Origin: Holosporaceae bacterium
Lineage (GTDB): Bacteria > Pseudomonadota > Alphaproteobacteria > UBA3830
Length of the DNA stretch: 64,000 bases
Assembly: GCA_031257475.1 (NCBI GenBank)
Contig: JAIROP010000026.1
Coordinates: forward strand, 39,482-103,481
Direction of reading: 5' to 3'
The notes beneath the pieces are model-generated. The model did not search any database. It saw only the letters and a program-made list of their open reading frames with translations, and was not told the origin of the DNA. Positions 30,701 through 36,850 of the stretch are shown here, piece by piece (within the stretch, counting starts at the first letter, position 1; each line of letters begins with the position of its first letter). A program made the translations under genes and the position numbers.

Positions 30701-31936
30701 GATCTTAGGGAATATTTTGTATCGCAATTTGGTCAAATCCGTTTTCTTGCAAAAGATCTTGCCGCACCCATCGTTGATCTTCTATCTATGCCATACTTTG
30801 CGGAAAAGATCAGAGACCACAGGCTTCTTGCCAAATGGAGGGAAATAATCAGCAGCGTAGATGATTATGAAAAGAAAAAACCAGGGAATTCCATAGCAGC
30901 CCTTGAAGGCTTTTTGTCCAACAATTTGTCCAAGATTTCGCTGGGATCATTCGACGAAAAGGGAGAGATAAAAAACCTTTCCGAAACAGGTGGAGACTAT
31001 TTCCTCTCAAGACGTTCCGAAGTGGCGAAGTCACTATTGTCGAGAGCAGAAGTGGTGCGCTACGAAAAAGCAGCGACTGCCTACGAACGTCTCAGGCAAT
31101 TCTTTAACGATAATCTCGCACATAAATTTCCATTTGGGAAGTCGGACCAGGATGCTTCCCTGAAAAATATGGAAAATTTCATGAATTTGTATGAAAAAAA
31201 TGCCAAAGACATGAAAGAGGTTCTGAGTCGCAATCAAGATATAAAAAATATAGGTAAGCAGGCATTGGAATTTTTGGATAGCATGAATGATAAGGTGATT
31301 CCATTTTTGAAAATTTGGATTAATCACTCAAAAGCGCCCGACGCCAAGAGCGCATTGATCGCTTTCAACGTCAAAATGCGACCTTCACCAGAACTGGAAG
31401 CAATGACCTCATCGGTCGTGGACAGGGAAATGTTTATGGACAATGCTCCGGTGGAGGACAATGAAAATTGTATATTTTTTAACGGTAATAAAGTGAATGT
31501 AATCTTCAGCTATGTTCCCTCATCGGATGAAAGACCGAATGCTAGAGAAGCTAACGGCAATCTAAAAATTGAAGAATCAAAGGCCACGTTCTCCTACGAA
31601 GGTCGCTGGGCCATATTTAGAATGATCGAAGAACACAAAACGAACAGAGAAACCGAGTTGCCCAACGGTGTATTATTACAATTCAACGTTCCAATCTACG
31701 ACACTTCCAGAAGAAATGTTGCCATGACATCCAAAATGGTTTTGAAAATTACTCCAATGGCCAAAGATGAGGATAAGGTTACGCCAATAGCATGGCCAAT
31801 ATTCCCTGAACTATGGCCAAGTCTCCATGGAACCGAAAAGGAAAAGTCGGCGGCGCATGAGGCGCCACATAAATTGGATGTGAACGTATCCTTCGATGAG
31901 CTACCAGCAAAAGCTGAGGGAATCACACCACAATGA
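27749..31936 (+). CDS. tssM: Type VI secretion system membrane protein TssM (IcmF family), 1395 aa
   Basis: N-terminal TM, Walker A GLSGSGKST (28139-28162), and a second TM near residue 440. A large periplasmic part ends with the IcmF_C-like region (GRWAIFRMIEEH). GTGA overlap with tssL. Confidence 0.88.
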   Translation: MRMDIKGLLSSKISLVPKELVPAISIGVIIVAFLLILVFFVLCIAYINMKPKPVVKRDDKKAHKKDEKLSVKMRHEDLPIISGRMGEILTMMGFLHAGPITRVFFKVLEVIKNSTYDIRWRYKLPCFMMAGLSGSGKSTLLDGLNFEHLTDDGSALDSMWKLFKDGIIFEMPQMDSSENIDKFWSFISELFIFIRPRRPLDGILVTLPADMLLLETFDAEKHAQEMFERVFKFQHEVNFHLPMYLIITKMDYVPGFLELVNILNDTTRQQIFGWSCPYSLRVTFSSDWIREIFETVEKGIERATFYFLRDRNEDFERAVLLEYNLRKIKTPLRKYLQAMFQTYTPEDGLLLRGVYFVGQQNHQMANISEDILSPSALTPGVNLAFRGSYNNEMCFTQDLFSEKIFREHNIAYPIHLNSIDMNKIEQRNKIIMALGSSFVAFGWFWGNANIKQKIHEYYSVMASVKTTMVKIKYLETHLKGEEDQAFINKQTTAVLKNMPLVKRFDFISVFVPQSWFANLHKEMLETIGLVFDSVIIRAMYIDINLNAKHILQNTLDDSRSMEKKNNIFDVNSFPSFKKLHEFVKQINRIEKISAEYDSIRHLEDRKSVADLTMVLFKENFDIAEDVKDRVPSKRLIPPRFDITLFKTRIESNLKLILTAFLNDVLDVTVERILQNLSRDIDGLIEISQNSMLPYSSENLAKVYNKTLLISDIWKSKNFFWIALDHFAPCQEYIEIMKKLGASSIVSKDYLKELIKLSELEFHKFRAKLFNYSTDLTGKLLTPDFKNVSTGFINFQKEIQTLLDQPFISIVPKDRLNTVILEDKMLIWELQKLKELSNLIDKYYAFIENMPPDIRPRYFEMYKIIARKCFYPMIEATLGSAQVFEDIPLGHSNDLLAEAYKRQANNIRGASVALTKVAKVLEEMQEEDNTKTSDFVPMIVDHYSTLLERIDALFSQSTPYAAGHAVFDSWDGNQTPRYLDISGPDDLREYFVSQFGQIRFLAKDLAAPIVDLLSMPYFAEKIRDHRLLAKWREIISSVDDYEKKKPGNSIAALEGFLSNNLSKISLGSFDEKGEIKNLSETGGDYFLSRRSEVAKSLLSRAEVVRYEKAATAYERLRQFFNDNLAHKFPFGKSDQDASLKNMENFMNLYEKNAKDMKEVLSRNQDIKNIGKQALEFLDSMNDKVIPFLKIWINHSKAPDAKSALIAFNVKMRPSPELEAMTSSVVDREMFMDNAPVEDNENCIFFNGNKVNVIFSYVPSSDERPNAREANGNLKIEESKATFSYEGRWAIFRMIEEHKTNRETELPNGVLLQFNVPIYDTSRRNVAMTSKMVLKITPMAKDEDKVTPIAWPIFPELWPSLHGTEKEKSAAHEAPHKLDVNVSFDELPAKAEGITPQ

Positions 31937-33009
31937 CTCACGAGAAAGAAGCTCCAAGAGATATCAATGAGCTATTGGCCCCCATCTCTGAGGATAGGAG
32001 ATGCGGTGAGTATCTAAAATATGATAATGTCTACGATAGGATAAAAGAACTGCGCCGAGAGGATGATCTCGAACTATCCAAGGGAATTTGGCAGATAGAA
32101 CTCAAAAAAGCCGAGTGGCCTGAAGTGGATCGCGTCTGCTCAGATCTAATAAAAACGAGAACCAAAGATCTGCAGATTGCAATGTGGCTCACGGAATCGT
32201 GGGCTGTTATGGAAAGATTTTTCGGATTTAACCGCGGCATTAATCTTTTACTATCTCTATGTGAGAAATTCTGGTATGACATTTATCCGTTGATTGATGA
32301 GAAAAACAAGAGCTTTACCGCACGGCTTTCTCCTTTTTATTTTCTAGCGGAAAAAATGCATGATAGGCTTGTGCTGATTCCCATAGTGGAACTGGCGGAT
32401 AGCACCGTGGAGAGCCGTAGTCTGTCCGATTGGATGACTGCACGCTACAATCTGCGTACTAAAAATATGGGCGGATTATCCCTGGAACAGTTGAAAAAAA
32501 GCGTTATGGAAGTTCCGCTGGAGTTCTTCCAATCTCTTAAAACAGATATTGAACAAACAATGGAAAGTTTGAAAAACTTGGACAGTTTTCTCACTGCGAA
32601 ATGTTCAACTGATTCTCCAAGTTTCGGAAAGCTTTTTGAATGTTTGGAGGATATAATCAATATAACAAACAATAATATGAAGGAAACTAAAGTTGTAAAA
32701 GCTCTTCCTTCTCCTTCTGTTCAAATAACACAGGGCGATGATTCGGAATCTACGGTTGAGATTTTGGAATTAGAGCCCATGCAGTCTTTCAAGCAAAACA
32801 GACCAAACATCGAGCAGGCATACGCCACAATGGCGGAAATAGCTATTTTTCTAGAGAAAGAACAACCTCAGAGTCCGGCAGCTACTCTTATAAAAATAGC
32901 AGGTGCCATTGGTAAGAAGAATTTTCAGGAATTAATGGAAATTAATATGAAAAGCGGAACGTCCGTCATTGGTACAATTTCTGAACTATATCGTGTGCTC
33001 TGTACATAG
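31933..33009 (+). CDS. tssA: Type VI secretion system protein TssA (ImpA_N domain)
   Basis: ImpA N-terminal signature PISEDRRCGEYLKYDNVYDRI ... EWPEVDRVCSDLI ... KDLQIAMWLTESW. ATGA overlap with tssM. Confidence 0.82.
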   Translation: MTHEKEAPRDINELLAPISEDRRCGEYLKYDNVYDRIKELRREDDLELSKGIWQIELKKAEWPEVDRVCSDLIKTRTKDLQIAMWLTESWAVMERFFGFNRGINLLLSLCEKFWYDIYPLIDEKNKSFTARLSPFYFLAEKMHDRLVLIPIVELADSTVESRSLSDWMTARYNLRTKNMGGLSLEQLKKSVMEVPLEFFQSLKTDIEQTMESLKNLDSFLTAKCSTDSPSFGKLFECLEDIINITNNNMKETKVVKALPSPSVQITQGDDSESTVEILELEPMQSFKQNRPNIEQAYATMAEIAIFLEKEQPQSPAATLIKIAGAIGKKNFQELMEINMKSGTSVIGTISELYRVLCT

Positions 33010-33115
33010 CCACTGTGAGACCATTCCATTGCCTGATGGATCTTTTCTCTTCGCGACTTTTGTGCACTGCCTATTGACTTTTGTAGATTTTTTATTTTAC
33101 AAAACATACATGATG

Positions 33116-33188
33116 GTCCCCATCGTCTAGAGGCCTAGGACATCGCCCTTTCACGGCGACAACACGAGTTCGAATCTCGTTGGGGACA
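33116..33188 (+). tRNA. tRNA-Glu (anticodon UUC)
   Basis: Acceptor GTCCCCA/TGGGGAC, anticodon loop CTTTCAC, T-loop TTCGAAT. Close resemblance to canonical bacterial tRNA-Glu. CCA is not encoded. Confidence 0.92.
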
Positions 33189-33246
33189 CCGTTTGAAATT
33201 TCAGGTAAAAACGACAGGAAACTCTGCTCCTCTAAAAACGAAAATC

Positions 33247-34335
33247 TCAAAAATCGAACATTTTTCCGCTAGTGATTTGCTGAAATTTGCTCTGGGAATA
33301 GGTTGCGAAGAAGTGCTTAACCTGCTCCAGCATTCGTTTTTCTTCCTGGTTTCCATAACCGCCTTTGTGAGCGATCCAGTGGCCGAATTCGTCTATTGCG
33401 GCTGTTAGAGCCGCTCCCACAGGCCATCCGCTGATGCCATATCGTGTGGCAAGTTCGCCTGCGAATCCGAGAGTAAAGAAGAACTTAAACACGCGGTCGT
33501 CCTGTCCGTAGGCTTCGCTTGGCAGGTGTTTTTCTTTCGTTTCTCGTAGAGCATCTTTGAAATATTTAGGCAGTAAATCGAGTTCTTTTATGGCGTTTTC
33601 GACGAATGCGGTTCTCGGTGTGCCGTAATATTCCCGGGTAGCTTCGTCCAAATGCTGTGCAAAAGCCGCATAGCTTGGGAATCCGTTAAGTTTTTCGAGC
33701 AGTCCAGTGCTTTCTGGGATCGCCTTGGCGAATACTAGACTTCTTTCGAAACCGTCGTCCTTCCGGTAATTTTTGCGTCGCTCTGGTGCTTGGATCCTCA
33801 CGTACGCAAAGTACTCCGCGGTCCTGCGCTCCGTGGGCTCCTAAAAATAACCATGTTCGATAATAATTTTTCGTACCTTGGAGCATCTCAAACTTGAGAA
33901 TCAAAAATTGGCAAAAACTAATAAACGAACACGGTTAATTCCTCGGAACTACTCGGTTTCGAAAGAAGTCTAATGAAGGCCGAAGTTCTCTCTTCTGCAT
34001 GGTTTCAGCAGAATGCTTGCGAATCCGGCGCTTACGGCCAATATCAGCCTGGAATTTCCGATACATATCCTGCCTACGTTCTCAATCCAGTCTTGAAGGT
34101 TGCCTTTCGTATCGACTGCAGACGGCTCTAAAATCCGGCTGAAAAATCAGCAATTCTTTGGGCTGTTCGCCTATGACGCCGTTTTCAGTTATGTAACAAT
34201 TTTCGTGCCATCCACTGACCTTGATAATTTCCACATGTTGCCTTCGGATTTGAGGCGTTGATGTATTCGCTGAGCTTGTTTTTTGCTCTTTTCCTAGTGG
34301 AAATGAAGAGCCCTTTGCCTGGTTGAAATTTGAAA
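33247..34335 (-). pseudogene. Degraded DUF927-type phage/ICE primase-helicase gene
   Basis: Three colinear pieces in different frames. First: VSGWHENCYITENGVIGEQPKELLIFQ. Second: KGNLQDWIENVGRICIGNSRLILAVSAGFASILL (the region that normally precedes the P-loop). Third, the C-terminal piece: RVFKFFFTLGFAGELATRYGISGWPVGAA ... HKGGYGNQEEKRMLEQVKHFF. The P-loop segment is missing, the 88-bp repeat sits in the break, and the 5' end is cut off at tRNA-Arg. The stretch looks more GC-rich than its surroundings by eye. Confidence 0.7.
33849..33936 (+). mobile_element. 88-bp MITE-like repeat, copy A
   Basis: AACCATGTTCGATAATAA...TAATAAACGAACACGGTT with about 11-13 bp imperfect terminal inverted repeats. 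About 95 percent identical by eye to the copies at 63356-63443 and 63608-63695. Confidence 0.8.
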
Positions 34336-34412
34336 TGGTGTGCCCGGAAGGATTCGAACCCTCAGCCTTCAGATCCGTAGTCTGACGCTCTATCCAATTG
34401 GGCTACGGGCAC
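34336..34412 (-). tRNA. tRNA-Arg (anticodon ACG)
   Basis: Reverse complement folds as acceptor GTGCCCG/CGGGCAC, anticodon loop CTACGGA, T-loop TTCGAAT, encoded CCA. Confidence 0.9.
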
Positions 34413-34417
34413 ATTGA

Positions 34418-34489
34418 TAGGTGATGACAGGTTTGAACTGCCGACCCCCTCGGTGTAAACGAGATGCTCTACCGCTGAGCTAATCACCC
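34418..34489 (-). tRNA. tRNA-Val (anticodon UAC)
   Basis: Reverse complement GGGTGATTAGCTCAGCGGTAGAGC..., anticodon loop TTTACAC, T-loop TTCAAAC. CCA is not encoded. Confidence 0.88.
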
Positions 34490-34496
34490 CACGCTG

Positions 34497-34525
34497 AGGA
34501 TACACAAATTTCCTAAAGGATGCAA
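34497..34525 (-). promoter_or_regulatory. Sigma70-like promoter of tRNA-Val(UAC): TTGCAT-N17-TATCCT
   Basis: On the minus strand, TTGCAT (34520-34525), a 17-nt spacer and TATCCT (34497-34502) lie 7 nt upstream of the tRNA 5' end. The same arrangement is duplicated before the second tRNA-Val. Confidence 0.55.
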
Positions 34526-34650
34526 CTACCGCCGCCCAAATGGTCACGGCCCCCTCAGGAAAATTTCTATAAACAAAATACTGAAATACCAATAGCAATT
34601 TTTTATTCCAAATATTTATTCAGCCCATGCTGGGTTGCTAAACATAACAG

Positions 34651-34789
34651 AAATTGCGGGACTGCCCTATAAGTATAGCAAAATGCGGAAAATCCACTGA
34701 TTTTACAATGAGTTATGTCTCTACGGTTTTGTTGAATATTCAAGGGTTTTATCTAATGATTTCTATTTTTATAGGGCAATCCCGAAATT
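34651..34789. repeat. Imperfect 20-bp inverted repeat pair flanking about 98 bp
   Basis: AAATTGCGGGACTGCCCTATA (34651-34671) versus the reverse complement of TATAGGGCAATCCCGAAATT (34770-34789). 18 of 20 positions match by eye. Confidence 0.5.
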
Positions 34790-34841
34790 GCTTACATTCT
34801 CGGGCATATAACCGTTTGTTTAACAACAACACGAAAAATGG

Positions 34842-34913
34842 TAGGTGATGACAGGTTTGAACTGTCGCCCCCCTCGATGTGACCGAGATGCTCTACCACT
34901 GAGCTAATCACCC
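34842..34913 (-). tRNA. tRNA-Val (anticodon CAC)
   Basis: Reverse complement GGGTGATTAGCTCAGTGGTAGAGC..., anticodon loop GTCACAT, perfect T-stem GACAG/CTGTC. It is a paralog of the tRNA at 34418-34489. Confidence 0.85.
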
Positions 34914-34920
34914 TGTACTG

Positions 34921-34949
34921 AAGATACACAAATTTCTCAAAGGATGCAA
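34921..34949 (-). promoter_or_regulatory. Sigma70-like promoter of tRNA-Val(CAC): TTGCAT-N17-TATCTT
   Basis: Duplicated copy of the promoter block (GTTGCATCCTTTGAGAAATTTGTGTATCTT) at the same distance from the tRNA 5' end. Confidence 0.55.
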
Positions 34950-35338
34950 CGGTATCAGTACGCTGTGAGAAAGTTCATGTAGTTTACCTGGGAGGGTGAG
35001 ACATCCTCGCCTCTAGGCGAAGACTTCAGTGTGATATAAAGCATGGAATACAGAAATAAAGTAGTCACAGTTTATATGATCTGAAATATCTCCTGGTGTT
35101 TTGTACAAAATGTAGATATCGCGTTCTAACAGGAATAGTGGCAACAAGAACAAGATATATGTACGGCAAACGACGTCACGATTGTGAGTGGCGGATTGAG
35201 CCAGGAGCATGTACATCTATTATTGTCGATACTGCCTAGTATATCAGTATCAAAAAATACACCACTCCGAGGACAATTTTAGAGAGTGTTCAATTATAGA
35301 TAGTTATGTTACGATGCACTCATTTTGAGGAGAATAGA

Positions 35339-35533
35339 ATGCATTGTACAAAATGTTTGAGCGAATTGATTATAAGAAATGGTAGTGTAAGAGGGAAGCA
35401 AAGGTATAAATGCAAGACATGTTGCTATGATTTTGTTGAGTTTGACGGAAGAAAAAGACCGAAGGATGCCACCAAAAGAGCTCTTGCAGTTATATTATAT
35501 ACAAGTCGAAAGCGACATTTAATCTCTATTTAG
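35339..35533 (+). pseudogene. N-terminal stub of an IS1-like (InsA / zinc-ribbon) transposase
   Basis: MHCTKCLSELIIRNGSVRGKQRYKCKTCCYDF is the CxxC...QRYxCKxC zinc ribbon typical of IS1-family transposases. The ORF stops after 64 aa, with no catalytic domain and no recognisable IS ends. Confidence 0.45.
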
Positions 35534-35542
35534 GGATATATT

Positions 35543-35559
35543 CCCCGCGGCTTGCCGCG
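35543..35559. repeat. GC-rich hairpin repeat CCCCGCGGCTTGCCGCG, copy 1
   Basis: CGCGG-CTTG-CCGCG stem-loop in AT-rich DNA. Near-identical copy at 35719-35737. Confidence 0.5.
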
Positions 35560-35718
35560 TAAAATGCTCGTATGAGCATTTATATACGTAAACATCACAA
35601 CGTAAGTATAATGAGAAAATTATAGGGAATTATGTGAAAAATCAAGGAAAAGAATACCAAAAATTACATGAAGATTATCAAATAAAACTATTCTGATGCA
35701 ACGCGATCCTATTCAATA

Positions 35719-35737
35719 CCCCGCGGCTTGCCTCGGG
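35719..35737. repeat. GC-rich hairpin repeat CCCCGCGGCTTGCCTCGGG, copy 2
   Basis: Shares the 14-nt core CCCCGCGGCTTGCC with copy 1. Lies about 25 bp upstream of the Fic gene. Confidence 0.5.
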
Positions 35738-35763
35738 TGATCATTTGTTGATATGATAATAAG

Positions 35764-36807
35764 ATGAGCAAAAGACTAAAGGCAATTTTAGATTTCATTA
35801 GTGTTCAGAAGATAGCTACAACTTCTGATGTTCACCGCTATATCGTCGAAAAATTTCAGGAAAAAATTGCGCGAATAACGATAATCAGAGATATCGATTT
35901 TCTGATACACAGCGGGTTTATCAAAAAACAAGGTCAAGCACGCAATGTAAAATATTGTCCAATTATCACTAATCCTTTGTTGGAATATTTTAATGTCGAT
36001 GATTATTTTAGAAATGACTGTGACGATCGTGTCATAAAAAACAAGAATTTTCGTTTCGATGTTTTTGATCATCTTGCTGGCTTATTTACGGATGGCGAAC
36101 TAGACGAAATATGTGTCATTAACGAAAAATTCAGAAACAATCTGAAAAAATTCTCGCCAACGATTGTAAAAAAAGAATTTGAGCGGCTGATCATTGAATT
36201 CAGCTGGAAATCCTCTCACATCGAAGGGAATACCTACTCCTTGTTAGACACGGAACGATTAATAAAAGAAAACATCAAAGCCGGTAATCATAGCAGAGAA
36301 GAATCAATTATGATTTTAAATCACAAATGTGCGTTGGATTATATTTTTCAGAATGCTTCCAATTATAAGCGTATTACTCTTGCCAAAATAGAGGAGTTGC
36401 ATGAAATTGTAATTGATAATCTCGGAATTCACGCCGGATTAAGATCTTCGGCGGTTGGCGTTGTGGGAACAAATTATAAACCGCTCGACAATATACATCA
36501 AATTAGAGACGCCATGCACGAATTGATAAAAACCATAAATAGGACAACGAATCCGTTGGAAAAAGCTTTCACCGTCGTTTTGATGATTTCATATATTCAA
36601 CCCTTTGAAGATGGTAACAAAAGAACGTCCAGAATATTAGCCAATGCCATTTTATTGGCCAATGATTATTGCCCATTATCATACAGAAGCATAGATGAGG
36701 TGGAGTATAAAAAGGCTATCATTCTATTTTACGAGCAAAACAGCGTATCATACTTAAAAAAATTATTCATTGAACAATTTAAACAGGCTGTAGACAAATA
36801 TTTTTGA
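35764..36807 (+). CDS. Fic-fold protein with N-terminal winged-helix domain and non-canonical active-site motif
   Basis: Fic core reads QPFEDGNKRTSR (36598-36633) where the canon is HxFx(D/E)GNGRxxR. An inhibitory-helix-like SSHIEG lies at 36211-36228. The N-terminus ILDFISVQKIATTSDVHRYI resembles a wHTH. Confidence 0.8.
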   Translation: MSKRLKAILDFISVQKIATTSDVHRYIVEKFQEKIARITIIRDIDFLIHSGFIKKQGQARNVKYCPIITNPLLEYFNVDDYFRNDCDDRVIKNKNFRFDVFDHLAGLFTDGELDEICVINEKFRNNLKKFSPTIVKKEFERLIIEFSWKSSHIEGNTYSLLDTERLIKENIKAGNHSREESIMILNHKCALDYIFQNASNYKRITLAKIEELHEIVIDNLGIHAGLRSSAVGVVGTNYKPLDNIHQIRDAMHELIKTINRTTNPLEKAFTVVLMISYIQPFEDGNKRTSRILANAILLANDYCPLSYRSIDEVEYKKAIILFYEQNSVSYLKKLFIEQFKQAVDKYF

Positions 36808-36850
36808 TTTTTCGCTCTGCATGACTACAACAGAGCAGTAAGGAAAGAGG

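Noticed and set aside
33686-33904. 72-aa minus-strand ORF overlapping the primase pseudogene and MITE copy A.
   Set aside because: It is an alternative frame of the pseudogene region that reads out of the repeat element. It has no independent support.
33191-34335. TTGAAATTT-containing sequences directly after the 3' ends of tRNA-Glu (33191-33205) and tRNA-Arg (34322-34335), considered as possible att-like boundaries of the decayed element.
   Set aside because: Only about 9 nt are shared and they are AT-rich and partly palindromic, so they are easily explained by chance. No integrase is present to support an att interpretation.
34654-35216. 64-aa (plus) and 67-aa (minus) ORFs in the spacers around the tRNA-Val genes.
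   Set aside because: They have no RBS or recognisable motifs and lie within repeat and promoter DNA, so they are likely spurious.
36808-36850. Possible bidirectional terminator between the convergent Fic and kinase genes (GCTCTG … CAGAGC).
   Set aside because: The stem is only 6 bp, the loop is 11 nt, and there is no convincing T-tract on either strand.
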